54,855 bases of DNA from an uncultured Bacilli bacterium (GCA_944358355.1 CALVQY010000002.1:1-54855); one strand, 5' to 3'. Counted from the stretch's first letter, positions 1-9,220 are shown. Notes: a model not told the origin generated them from the sequence alone. Made by a program: numbers and translations.

Positions 1-338
1 GTCTTAAGATAATCTTTTTCACCACCATTATATACATAAATAGTCGCTTCACTTCCTGCAAAACCAACATCAGCATCACCTGCAAGTACCGCTGCACTTA
101 CTTTATCTGCCCCATTGGCAAGACTAAGTTCAATATCAATTCCCACATCTTCAAAATAACCTTTTTCAATCGCTACATACATAGGAGCATAGAAAATAGA
201 GTGTGCTACTTCAGCAAGTCTTACAGTTTCTAACTCATCACCATCTTTCTTATCATTTCCCTTAAAGTTAAATAATACAGCGCAAGCTACCAAGAAAATA
301 ACTAAAATAACACCAATATAAACAATTGTTTTTTTCAA
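1..338 (-). CDS. ABC-transporter substrate-binding lipoprotein (NMT1/SsuA-TauA-like), N-terminal part only; gene runs off the window
   Basis: Not in ORF track (TTG start, truncated by window edge). Reverse-strand translation from TTG 338-336: MKKTIVYIGVILVIFLVACAVLFNFKGNDKKDGDELETVRLAEVAHSIFYAPMYVAIEKGYFEDVGIDIELSLANGADKVSAAVLAGDADVGFAGSEATIYVYNGGEKDYLK. Lipobox LVAC follows a hydrophobic signal. AGGAGGA RBS (complement of 346-352) lies 7 nt upstream. The HS..YAP.YVA.EKGYF pattern is typical of this binding-protein family. Confidence 0.6.
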   Translation of the reverse strand, partial: MKKTIVYIGVILVIFLVACAVLFNFKGNDKKDGDELETVRLAEVAHSIFYAPMYVAIEKGYFEDVGIDIELSLANGADKVSAAVLAGDADVGFAGSEATIYVYNGGEKDYLK

Positions 339-478
339 ACTAAAATCCTCCTTTCAGTTCAAAGTATTATATGTAATTAATCTATATTGGCTACATTATA
401 TACGAGTTTTCGTAAACTTAACTTAAAAGCTTGTTTTTTTTAAATTATTCTTTATAATAAATGTAACTGGAGGTTAAT

Positions 479-763
479 ATGAATATACAAGTACTAAATG
501 AACTTATGAGATTAAATGGTATTACAAGTTATCTTCATCTATCAAAGGAAATCCATATACCTTATACAACTCTATTAGATTTAGTAAGAGGCAAAGGAGA
601 AAGACTTAGTAATATTAAAATAATCGCTGACTTTTTTGGAGTAAAGATGTCTTATTTAATAGATGAGCCTAGAAAGATAGTTACTATTAATGAAAAAAAT
701 AATATAAAGATAGAAAAAGAAACAGGTTATAACAATGTACTATCCAATTTACTTTCTAATTAA
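479..763 (+). CDS. XRE-family helix-turn-helix transcriptional regulator
   Basis: 94-aa ORF. The N-terminal ~60 aa fit the Cro/C1 HTH pattern (ITSYLHLSKEIHIPYTTLLDLVRGK...IADFFGVKMSYLI). GGAGG at 469-473 precedes the ATG. Confidence 0.7.
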   Translation: MNIQVLNELMRLNGITSYLHLSKEIHIPYTTLLDLVRGKGERLSNIKIIADFFGVKMSYLIDEPRKIVTINEKNNIKIEKETGYNNVLSNLLSN

Positions 764-797
764 AACTATGTTAAAATAATAATGGATGGTGATTAAT

Positions 798-1808
798 ATG
801 AGCTTTTTCAGTAAATTAAAAGATAAATTTATCAAAAAAGAAGAAACAAATACTAAAGAAGAAAAAGAAAGTATAGAAATATATGACAAAGGCCTAACTA
901 AAAGTCGCAGTACCTTTTCATCAAGACTTTTAGACTTAACTAGACGCTATAGTAAAATTGATGAAGAATATTTTGAAGAACTAGAAGAAATTCTAATTAA
1001 TGCTGATATTGGTGTTAATACTGTTATGAATTTTATGGATAAATTAAGAAAAAGAGTAAAAGATGAGAAAATAACAGATCCCAACTTTTTAAAAGAAGTA
1101 ATAGTAGATGAATTATTTATCATCTATGTAGGTGGAGCTTTGTTATCAACTAATTTAAATAGAAATGAAACTAATCCGACAGTCTATCTATTTGTAGGTG
1201 TTAATGGAGTAGGTAAGACTACAACAATCGCTAAACTTGCTCTAAAAGAAAAAGAAAAAAATAGAAAAGTTCTCTTAATAGCAGGTGATACCTTTAGAGC
1301 AGGAGCGACTAAACAGTTACAAGAGTGGGCTGAGAGAATAGGAGTAGATTTCTATGGTAAAAGTGAAGGAGTAGATCCTGCTAGTGTTATCTATGAAGGA
1401 TTAGAGTATGCCATAAATAATGATATAGATACTGTTCTAATCGATACTGCTGGAAGACTTCAAAATAAAACTAATTTAATGATGGAACTTGAAAAAATTA
1501 ATAGAGTTATAAAAAAGATAATAGATAGACAACCTGATGAAACCTTACTTGTGATAGATGCCACTACTGGACAAAATGGTATAAGCCAAGCGAAAGCATT
1601 TAAGGAAATAACAGACCTTACAGGAATTATTCTAACTAAACTAGATGGTACTGCTAAAGGTGGAATAGTTCTAGCGATAAAAGAAGAAGTAAACCTACCT
1701 GTTAAATATATAGGACTAGGAGAAACTGCCAAAGACTTACAAGGATTTGATATCGAAAAATATATTTATAGTCTCTTTAAAGACTTCATGGAGGAAGAAA
1801 ATGAGTAA
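798..1808 (+). CDS. ftsY: Signal recognition particle receptor FtsY
   Basis: SRP-GTPase NG domain motifs GVNGVGKTTT, DTAGR, TKLDGTAKGG. The ORF track starts at 786, but ATG 798 (MSFFSKLK) sits 5 nt after GGTGA and is the likelier start. Confidence 0.95.
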   Translation: MSFFSKLKDKFIKKEETNTKEEKESIEIYDKGLTKSRSTFSSRLLDLTRRYSKIDEEYFEELEEILINADIGVNTVMNFMDKLRKRVKDEKITDPNFLKEVIVDELFIIYVGGALLSTNLNRNETNPTVYLFVGVNGVGKTTTIAKLALKEKEKNRKVLLIAGDTFRAGATKQLQEWAERIGVDFYGKSEGVDPASVIYEGLEYAINNDIDTVLIDTAGRLQNKTNLMMELEKINRVIKKIIDRQPDETLLVIDATTGQNGISQAKAFKEITDLTGIILTKLDGTAKGGIVLAIKEEVNLPVKYIGLGETAKDLQGFDIEKYIYSLFKDFMEEENE

Positions 1809-2103
1809 AAGTGTTACAAAGTTAAATCCCAAAGCTAAACAACAACAAGAGAAGAGTTTTCTTCATTTGAAAATACTAATAGTAATTCAATTTATTTTAA
1901 CAATATCTGTAATAATATTAGGAATAGTTACTATTATAAATCCTAAATTAATTTATATATTTGAAATAGTTCTAGGAATTACCCTATTAATTATGGGATT
2001 AAATAATTACTTAATATATAAAAGAAAAAATTTAACTTTGCTATATGCAATTATTGGATTAGGTTCTATTATTTTAGCTATCTTAAAATTAATTGGACTA
2101 TAA
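1801..2103 (+). CDS. Small membrane protein (2-3 predicted TM helices), unknown function
   Basis: The ORF track gives 1747..2103, overlapping ftsY. ATG 1801 (MSKSVTKLNP) follows GGAGGAAGAAA and overlaps the ftsY stop (ATGA). Hydrophobic stretches: ILIVIQFILTISVIILGIVTII, IFEIVLGITLLIMGL, LLYAIIGLGSIILAIL. Confidence 0.55.
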   Translation: MSKSVTKLNPKAKQQQEKSFLHLKILIVIQFILTISVIILGIVTIINPKLIYIFEIVLGITLLIMGLNNYLIYKRKNLTLLYAIIGLGSIILAILKLIGL

Positions 2104-2104
2104 A

Positions 2105-2404
2105 ATGGAAGAATTAGTTTATTATACAATGCTCTATGATATTTATGGTAATCTTTTAACAGAAAAACAAAGAGCATATTTTGAAGAATATTATTTTAAT
2201 AATTTATCATTAAGTGAACTAGCATCTATTTATAATATAAGTAGAAATGCTATACATAGACAATTAAAAGAAACAATAAAAAGGCTAGAAAATTATGAAT
2301 CAATCTTAAAGTTAGCAAAGAAGAATAAAATATTAGAAAATATAATAAATAATGTAAGTGACGAGGAGCTTAAACGTAAATTACAAGAAGTAATTTCTCT
2401 TTAG
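2105..2404 (+). CDS. ylxM: YlxM/UPF0122 putative DNA-binding protein (SRP-operon associated)
   Basis: MLYDIYGNLLTEKQRAYFEEYYFNNLSLSELASIYNISRNAIHRQLK matches the YlxM sigma-70 region-4-like signature. ATG 2105 lies directly after the stop of the previous ORF; the track start at 2093 is a TTG. Confidence 0.85.
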   Translation: MEELVYYTMLYDIYGNLLTEKQRAYFEEYYFNNLSLSELASIYNISRNAIHRQLKETIKRLENYESILKLAKKNKILENIINNVSDEELKRKLQEVISL

Positions 2405-2407
2405 CTC

Positions 2408-2436
2408 TTGTCACTTTTTGTATTTAAAGGTATAAT
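2408..2436 (+). promoter_or_regulatory. Sigma-A-type promoter for the HerA-like gene
   Basis: TTGTCA (2408-2413), 17-nt spacer, TATAAT (2431-2436), about 28 nt upstream of ATG 2465, which has AAAGGAGA as RBS. Confidence 0.6.
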
Positions 2437-2464
2437 TTATCTATAAGATAAAGGAGATAAAGAT

Positions 2465-4720
2465 ATGTTTGACAAAATAATTTATATAAGTGATCAAAGT
2501 GCTAATATTAAATTAAAAGAAGATGCTGAAGTAGCAATTAATTTAATGAACCTACATCTAATATTTGAAGATAAGGATAAAACTATTTTAGGAGAAGTAG
2601 ATGACCTATCAGATGGTGTTGTAAAAGCTAGATTCCTAGGAGAAATAGCAAATGGTAAATTAATAGGTGGTGTCTTAAGGAAACCTTCTCTTGATGCTAA
2701 GATAAGAGTAATTAAACAAGAAGAAATACCTCTAATAACAGGAGAAGATAAAACAGGATATATGCCATTTGGAGTAAGCCCTTACTATAATGATTTTCCT
2801 GTTTACTTAGATGTTAATAACTTCTTTAGTAATCACTTTGCTATCTTTGGTAACAGTGGTAGTGGTAAATCTTGTGGTATTTCAAGAATCATGCAAAACA
2901 TGTTTGAAGATGAAAGATTATTTCCATATAAGTCAAATATTCTTTTATTTGATTCATCTGGAGAATATTACAATGCTTTTAAAGACCTAAGTAAAATAAA
3001 TCCAAATTACAATTATCGTTTTATTACTACTAATGAAACAGAAGGAAAAGGTGAACCTTTAAGACTACCTATATTCTTACTTAATGAAGCAGACCTTACT
3101 CTTCTTTTACAAGCGACAGAACATTCACAATTACCAATTATAGAAAGAATGTTAAAACTAGCACGTATTTTTGCAAGTACAGATGTAGATGCTACTAAGT
3201 ATAAAAATCACTTAATCGCTAAAGCAATCATGACAATTCTTTATACTAATGCAACTGCCCCTAATAAAAGAAATGAAGTATTTTCAATTTTAAATAGCTG
3301 TTCAACAGAACAATTCAATTTAGAAGCTCCAGTTCAAGGAATAGGATATGTTAGAAAATTTAGAGAATGCTTTCTAATAGATTCCCATGGACAATTTTCA
3401 GAAAGTGTTCTATTAACAGAATATGTTTCAAGTTTTATAAATGATGATTATGATAATTATGAACCAAATAAGAAATGTTATTATACTTTAGAAGATTTAG
3501 AGAAAGCATTAAACTTTACTTTAATTAGTGAAGGATGGCTACGTAATGAAAATACTTATGGTGATTCTGTTACTTTAAAGGTTAGATTACATTCTCTTAT
3601 TACTTCAACAAACGCTAACTTCTTTAAATGGGAGAAAGGTACTTATATATCTCTTGAAAGTTACCTATCAGACTTAATGATTAGTAATGGTAAAAAATAT
3701 CAATTAGTAAATATTAACTTAGATGATGTTGATGATGATTTCGCTAAAGTTATAACAAAAATATACTCAAGACTTTTATTTGAATTTACTAAAGGATTAA
3801 AAGAAAGAGCAAGTATTCCTTTCCATATCTTTGTAGAAGAAGCACATAGATATATTCAAAACGATAGAGATAGATTCTTATTAGGATATAATATCTTTGA
3901 ACGTATCGCTAAAGAGGGACGTAAATATGGACTTATATTAGGATTAATTACCCAAAGACCAGTAGAAATGTCAGATACAGTAATATCACAATGTTCAAAC
4001 TTCTTAATCTTTAAGATGAATCACCCAACGGATGTTGATTACATTAAGAAAATGGTACCTAATATTTCTGATGAAATAGTTGATAAACAAAAGAGCTTAC
4101 AATCTGGTACTTGTCTTGCCTTTGGTAGTGCCTTTAAGATTCCATTAATTGTTAAGTTAAAGATGCCTAATCCAATGCCAATGAGTGGTAACTGTGATGT
4201 AGTTAGAATTTGGGATGGACATGGAGGATATGTTAAAGAAGAGCCAAAGCAAGAGACTGTTCAAACACCTTCAAATGTTTCAGTTCCAAGCAATACAAAT
4301 GTAACTCAAGAAAGTCCAGTTCCAACTAATAATATAGGACAGCCAAATATAAATGTAGTAAATCAAGTTAATGGATTAGAAAGCAGTATAAATAGTGTTA
4401 ATCAAACTCCAACAAGTTTTGGAATTCCTGAACAACCTATTATAAATAATATAAATGAAGTTAATCCAAATAATAGCATGCCTCAAGGTTTAAATGAAAT
4501 AGATAATAAAATTAATGAGGTTGTAAATAATAATCAAAATGAAATGCCAAAACAAGAAGAACAACCTAAAACAACATTTAATATAGGAGAACAGCAAGGA
4601 CCTCAACCTGTTAGTAATCCAATATTAGATGCTTTAAATAGCAGTACATTAATGAATAATAATGGACCTATTAGTCCAATACCAGAAATAGATATAAATA
4701 ATCCAAATGATACAATATAA
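2465..4720 (+). CDS. HerA/FtsK-class (DUF87-type) P-loop ATPase with C-terminal N/Q/P-rich low-complexity tail
   Basis: N-terminal barrel-like segment (ILGEVDDLSDGVVKARFLGEI...IRVIKQEEIPLITG). Walker A FGNSGSGKSCG, Walker B FHIFVEEAHRY, and ITQRPVEMSDTVISQCSNFLIFKMNHPTD. The last ~170 aa are N/Q/P/S-rich. Confidence 0.75.
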   Translation: MFDKIIYISDQSANIKLKEDAEVAINLMNLHLIFEDKDKTILGEVDDLSDGVVKARFLGEIANGKLIGGVLRKPSLDAKIRVIKQEEIPLITGEDKTGYMPFGVSPYYNDFPVYLDVNNFFSNHFAIFGNSGSGKSCGISRIMQNMFEDERLFPYKSNILLFDSSGEYYNAFKDLSKINPNYNYRFITTNETEGKGEPLRLPIFLLNEADLTLLLQATEHSQLPIIERMLKLARIFASTDVDATKYKNHLIAKAIMTILYTNATAPNKRNEVFSILNSCSTEQFNLEAPVQGIGYVRKFRECFLIDSHGQFSESVLLTEYVSSFINDDYDNYEPNKKCYYTLEDLEKALNFTLISEGWLRNENTYGDSVTLKVRLHSLITSTNANFFKWEKGTYISLESYLSDLMISNGKKYQLVNINLDDVDDDFAKVITKIYSRLLFEFTKGLKERASIPFHIFVEEAHRYIQNDRDRFLLGYNIFERIAKEGRKYGLILGLITQRPVEMSDTVISQCSNFLIFKMNHPTDVDYIKKMVPNISDEIVDKQKSLQSGTCLAFGSAFKIPLIVKLKMPNPMPMSGNCDVVRIWDGHGGYVKEEPKQETVQTPSNVSVPSNTNVTQESPVPTNNIGQPNINVVNQVNGLESSINSVNQTPTSFGIPEQPIINNINEVNPNNSMPQGLNEIDNKINEVVNNNQNEMPKQEEQPKTTFNIGEQQGPQPVSNPILDALNSSTLMNNNGPISPIPEIDINNPNDTI

Positions 4721-4831
4721 AAAAGAAAGAAGGTAAAAAATATGAGAAAGATTTGTTTACAATTTGTTACCTGAGGGGGGCAGTTTAGTAAGAATTTAAG
4801 TAAAATATTTACTTTCTTTCATTATGATATA

Positions 4832-4861
4832 AGAGCAGGATAAGAATATTCTGTTCTTTTT
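4832..4861 (+). terminator. Weak hairpin plus T-run between the HerA-like gene and the surface-protein gene
   Basis: agagcag (4832-4838) pairs with ctgttct (4851-4857) with one G-U, followed by ttttt. It lies only ~36 nt before ATG 4897, so it could equally be a leader structure. Confidence 0.3.
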
Positions 4862-4896
4862 AATGCGTAGAAAAAAATAATGAAGGAGGAGTAAAA

Positions 4897-6261
4897 ATGG
4901 TAAAGACAAAGAAAGAAGTAGTAATATTAGTATTAATGATAGTATTAATAATAGCAGTGTTAGGAGTATCATATGCAGCCTTTAAATTTACAGGAGAAGG
5001 AACTAAGTTAAATACAATAACAACAGGTTCTATTACAATGAGTTATGAAGAAAGTAGTAATACTATTAGTTTAAACGGAGCTTTGCCTACAACAGATGAG
5101 ACAGGCAAAGTAAGATTAAATGAAGGAGAATACTTTGATTTTACAGTAAGTAGTGCTATTACAGGAGATGTAAATATAAACTATGAAATAAGTGCTAAAG
5201 AAGTAGGAGAAGGTACAATAGATGGCTCTAATATAAAGTTATATCTAACAAGATTAACAGAAGATGGTGAAGAAGAAATAATGACACCTAGAGTATATAG
5301 TGAAGAGAGTACTACTAATAGTTATACAGGACGTCCATCAGGAGAAATGAGTTTATATACAAGTAGTATGAGTAGTAGTGAAAGTAATAGATATAGACTT
5401 AGAATGTATGTAGATGAAGATTATAATCCACAAGGAGATGGAGGAGGATTAACATTTTCAGTTCAAGTAAATGTTTATGGAAAAGATGGACTATCTATGG
5501 AAGATAGAATGATGAGAGTAGCAGGTAGTGGAGACTTTCATTCATCAGAATATAAAAGTAAAATAACAAGTATAGTAACAAAAGGAGACACTGTTATTCC
5601 AGAAGGAGTAATAGAGAGTTGGGATATATCAGAGAAACAAAATGGAAGTGTAATAGCTTATGCTGAAGATGATGGAACAGGCTCAGGAACATATAAAGTA
5701 ACAATAGGTGGAGAAGGTAATATAATTGCAAATTATAATATGAGTAGTTATTTTTTCAATTTTACTAGTCTAACATCAATTAATTTAGATTATTTAGATA
5801 CTAGATTAGTTACAAATATGTCAATGATGTTTCTGGGAAGTAGCAAATTAACAGAATTAGATTTAAGTAACTTTAACACTTATAATGTGACAAATATGAT
5901 AATGATGTTCTCGATGAGCTACAATTCTATGAATTTAACTAAAATAATATTTGGTGAAAAATTTGACACTTTAAATGTAACTGGTATGGATTCAATGTTT
6001 AATAGTTGTAGAAGTTTAACAGAGTTAGACTTAAGTAGTTTTGATACTTCAAATGTTACTTCTATGTCTCAGATGTTTCAGTATTGTGATAATCTGACTC
6101 ACTTAGATTTAACAAGTTTTAATACTTCAAAAGTTACAAGTTATAGAACAATGTTTAATGATATGCCTAACATAATAGAAATACTAGTAACAAGAGATAA
6201 ATGGACTATACCGAACTCTGCTATTACAAATAGCGGTGTAACTGACTTCACTTATGTATAA
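4897..6261 (+). CDS. Secreted/anchored surface protein: TasA/camelysin-like N-terminal module fused to DUF285 (BspA-type leucine-rich repeat) C-terminal domain
   Basis: N-terminal TM/signal VVILVLMIVLIIAVLGVSYAAFKFTGEG..NTITTGSITMS resembles SipW-type signals of TasA/CalY. The C-terminus has repeated LDLSNFNTYNVTNMIMMF / LDLSSFDTSNVTSMSQMF / LDLTSFNTSKVTSYRTMF units typical of DUF285. Strong RBS GAAGGAGGAG. Confidence 0.7.
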   Translation: MVKTKKEVVILVLMIVLIIAVLGVSYAAFKFTGEGTKLNTITTGSITMSYEESSNTISLNGALPTTDETGKVRLNEGEYFDFTVSSAITGDVNINYEISAKEVGEGTIDGSNIKLYLTRLTEDGEEEIMTPRVYSEESTTNSYTGRPSGEMSLYTSSMSSSESNRYRLRMYVDEDYNPQGDGGGLTFSVQVNVYGKDGLSMEDRMMRVAGSGDFHSSEYKSKITSIVTKGDTVIPEGVIESWDISEKQNGSVIAYAEDDGTGSGTYKVTIGGEGNIIANYNMSSYFFNFTSLTSINLDYLDTRLVTNMSMMFLGSSKLTELDLSNFNTYNVTNMIMMFSMSYNSMNLTKIIFGEKFDTLNVTGMDSMFNSCRSLTELDLSSFDTSNVTSMSQMFQYCDNLTHLDLTSFNTSKVTSYRTMFNDMPNIIEILVTRDKWTIPNSAITNSGVTDFTYV

Positions 6262-6277
6262 AAGTAAAAGTACTTTA

Positions 6278-6307
6278 TTGTAAAAGTGCTTTTTCTTGTG
6301 GTATAAT
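6278..6307 (+). promoter_or_regulatory. Promoter with extended -10 for the 6334-12085 gene string
   Basis: TTGTAA (6278-6283), 18-nt spacer, TGgTATAAT (6299-6307). Confidence 0.5.
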
Positions 6308-6333
6308 TTAAAATAGAAGAAAGGGTTGATAGT

Positions 6334-7521
6334 ATGAAATATAAATCATTATTGAAAAATACAAAGCTACTAGCAATCCTTAACTATTTCCTTACAAGTA
6401 AAGAAGATACTACTTATAGTCAATATTCACTTTTAATCGCTATGGACTTAGTTATTAAATATCAAATAATAATAACTGATGATAACTATGACAATTACTT
6501 TTTAGATAATTTAGAAATTATTAGTAAAAACTATACTTCTCATCAGGACTTAATAATAAAAGGTAATAGATTATTAGTAGATTTAGTCTCTAAAAAGATA
6601 AAAGTATCTACTAATAACTCTTCTGATAAAAAACAGATACTTAAATATATCTATAATAAATACATAGTTGATGGCTATTGTTTTCATAGCTTCCCCTCTA
6701 TCTATAAAGATGAAGTAGAAGAAAATGGTCTTTCTACTGAAATAGATATCAAAGAACAAAATGACTTAAAGAAAATAAATTATATCTTCAATAATCATAA
6801 TTATACTAATATAATTACTAGAGATTTAAATTGCAAAACTAAACCTATATATATAACAGATTCACCTGCTATGGCCTATTTCTATGCATTTAGAAGTCCA
6901 GAATATATGGCTAGTCTTACTTCTACTAGTAAATATTATGAGTATATCAAAGACTATGATAAAAATGCCTTTTATGAGAAAGATTATACTAAATGCAAAT
7001 CTAATTTGACCTTACTATGTAGGCATGTTAATATGACTACAAAGGAAGAAAATACTGTCCTTAAAACTTTTGATAAAAGATGGACTAAATTAAATATGAC
7101 AGAATCATTTCCGTGTATTGCTTTTATTAAAAGAAGTGATTTAGCGAAAGATTCACTTCCTGATATTGATGAAATTATTAATAGTGTAGATACAATAGAT
7201 TTAGATATCTTAGTATCAAAAATTACTGATAGTAAGTATCCTATTATTAGAAGATATACTAATATTAATTCACTTGACTTATCTGTAGTTACTATGCCAA
7301 GTTATAGAGAAATAAAAAATAATAAATTTATTTCTAAAAAAATACCCCAAGTAGTACTTACTGCTAAAACAATAGAACAACCAAAAGAAGAACAAAGTGA
7401 AAGTCAAGAGTATGTTTATTCCTATAATAGTGGAGTTGCTAATACTCTAGCTATAATAGGGCTAATAATAGGTACACTAGCTCTTACTACAAGCGTTATT
7501 TTTAAAGTTATAGGAGGTTAA
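6334..7521 (+). CDS. Hypothetical tail-anchored protein (single C-terminal TM helix)
   Basis: 395-aa ORF with RBS AAAGGG. The C-terminus ANTLAIIGLIIGTLALTTSVIFKVIGG is hydrophobic. No motif I recognise. The stop is 2 nt before the fmt start. Confidence 0.5.
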   Translation: MKYKSLLKNTKLLAILNYFLTSKEDTTYSQYSLLIAMDLVIKYQIIITDDNYDNYFLDNLEIISKNYTSHQDLIIKGNRLLVDLVSKKIKVSTNNSSDKKQILKYIYNKYIVDGYCFHSFPSIYKDEVEENGLSTEIDIKEQNDLKKINYIFNNHNYTNIITRDLNCKTKPIYITDSPAMAYFYAFRSPEYMASLTSTSKYYEYIKDYDKNAFYEKDYTKCKSNLTLLCRHVNMTTKEENTVLKTFDKRWTKLNMTESFPCIAFIKRSDLAKDSLPDIDEIINSVDTIDLDILVSKITDSKYPIIRRYTNINSLDLSVVTMPSYREIKNNKFISKKIPQVVLTAKTIEQPKEEQSESQEYVYSYNSGVANTLAIIGLIIGTLALTTSVIFKVIGG

Positions 7522-7523
7522 AA

Positions 7524-8462
7524 ATGAAAGATATAAGAATAGTATTTATGGGGACACCTGATTTTTCTGTACCAGTTTTTAAAGCTTTAGCAGAAACTTA
7601 CAATGTTGTAGCAGTTGTAACCCAACCAGATAAAAAAACAGGTAGGAAACAGATATTAACACCATCACCAATAAAGCTAGCAAGTGCTGAGTTTAATATA
7701 CCTTTACTACAACCTGTAAATATAAAAGAAGAATATGAAAAAGTATTAGAATATAAACCCGACATGATTATAACCTGTGCTTATGGACAAATAATACCTA
7801 AACAACTACTAGACTATCCTAAATATAAATGTATTAATGTTCATGCCTCTTTATTACCTAAATTAAGAGGAGGCGCACCTATTCATCATGCTATTATGGA
7901 TGGCTATGATAAAACAGGTATAACAATAATGTATATGGATACCAAAATGGATGCTGGAGATATAATAAGTCAAAAAGAAACAAAAATAACTAAAGAAGAT
8001 ACTCTAGGTACTTTACATGATAGATTAAGTGAAATGGGAAAAGACTTACTAATGGAAACCCTTCCTAATATAATAAGTGGTAATATTAACCCTATAAAAC
8101 AAGATGAAAGTGAAGTTACTTATGGCTATAATATTACTAAAGAAGATGAAAAAATAGATTTTACCAAGACAAATATAGAAGTAGATAATAAAGTAAGAGC
8201 TTTAAATCCTACTCCTGGAGCCTATACAACTTTAAATGGTAAAAGACTAAAGATATATGCTCTTAGAGTAAGTGATAGATATTACTCTAGAACTACTCCA
8301 GGTACAATAGTAGGATTTGAAAAAGATGGTATTAGAGTAGTTGCAGGAACTAAAGAAGTAATATTAACAGATATAGCTTTAGAAGGAAAAAAAAGATGTT
8401 TAGTAAAAGATTATTTAAATGGTGTAGATAAAAAAGATTTGTTAGGAGTAGTATTAAAGTGA
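7524..8462 (+). CDS. fmt: Methionyl-tRNA formyltransferase
   Basis: IVFMGTPDFSVP N-terminus, HASLLPKLRGGAPI catalytic motif, ~310 aa length. The GGAGG RBS lies inside the end of the preceding ORF. Confidence 0.95.
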   Translation: MKDIRIVFMGTPDFSVPVFKALAETYNVVAVVTQPDKKTGRKQILTPSPIKLASAEFNIPLLQPVNIKEEYEKVLEYKPDMIITCAYGQIIPKQLLDYPKYKCINVHASLLPKLRGGAPIHHAIMDGYDKTGITIMYMDTKMDAGDIISQKETKITKEDTLGTLHDRLSEMGKDLLMETLPNIISGNINPIKQDESEVTYGYNITKEDEKIDFTKTNIEVDNKVRALNPTPGAYTTLNGKRLKIYALRVSDRYYSRTTPGTIVGFEKDGIRVVAGTKEVILTDIALEGKKRCLVKDYLNGVDKKDLLGVVLK

Positions 8463-9202
8463 AAGAAGAAAAGCCTAAAAAGAAAAATCCTTATCTAGAA
8501 GGAATTAAAAATTTAAGTAAAAGTTCAAGAGGAAAAGCTATTCTTTTCTTTCTCTTCTACTTTATCTTTTTCTTCTTAATAATATCATTAGTAAGATCAA
8601 ATTATGCTACTAATAGCAATAATTCTAATACTAAAGATAATCCAGTTAGAACAGAATATAAATTAGATAAAATAGAAAATGGCAATTATCATTTTATAAG
8701 AGAAGAGAATATCAATGGCCTACTAACTAACTTTACAGGAGATAAAAATAATAATAAAACAGAAGGAGTAATGACAGTAAATAATATATTTACTAACTAT
8801 TTTATTTATGATAATATTAATCTAGTAAAGACAACAGATAAATATGAGGTAACAAGTGAATTATACCATTTCAATAATATTACAGATGATAATAATATAT
8901 CTAAATTCTTAGAAAAAGCTTATCTAGTGTCTAAAACAGAGTATGAAAGTGGTAATACTTCATATAATTATGAGATAACTACAAATACTATAGACTCTAT
9001 TATTAATAATACTAACCTTGATATTGCCGATATTCCTAATAAAATAACCTTAGAGACTAATGAAGAAGATGAAGTAGTTAAAATTAGTTATGATTTATCT
9101 AGTTATGCTACTTATATTAACAATGTACCTACTACAACAACTATTACTATTAATTACTCTAATTTTGGAAAGATAGATGATATAGAAATACCAGAAAGTT
9201 AA
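8459..9202 (+). CDS. Hypothetical N-terminally anchored extracytoplasmic protein
   Basis: GTG start overlaps the fmt stop (GTGA). TM helix AILFFLFYFIFFFLIISLV, followed by an N/T-rich soluble domain. Confidence 0.5.
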   Translation: MKEEKPKKKNPYLEGIKNLSKSSRGKAILFFLFYFIFFFLIISLVRSNYATNSNNSNTKDNPVRTEYKLDKIENGNYHFIREENINGLLTNFTGDKNNNKTEGVMTVNNIFTNYFIYDNINLVKTTDKYEVTSELYHFNNITDDNNISKFLEKAYLVSKTEYESGNTSYNYEITTNTIDSIINNTNLDIADIPNKITLETNEEDEVVKISYDLSSYATYINNVPTTTTITINYSNFGKIDDIEIPES

Positions 9203-9220
9203 ATACTAAAAGGAGTGCTT

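Noticed and set aside
1747-1800. N-terminal extensions offered by the ORF track (1747, 2093, 9215, 10992, 15336, 20317, 33514, 51822).
   Set aside because: In each case a downstream ATG or GTG has a properly spaced Shine-Dalgarno sequence. The extension instead overlaps the preceding gene, the RBS itself, or (at 20317) the -10 box of a consensus promoter.
4741-4773. 10-codon micro-ORF (MRKICLQFVT) after the HerA-like gene, plus 13-14-codon micro-ORFs at ~40904 and ~48030.
   Set aside because: They are too short, lack family resemblance and have weak or absent RBSs. Such ORFs are expected by chance in AT-rich intergenic DNA.
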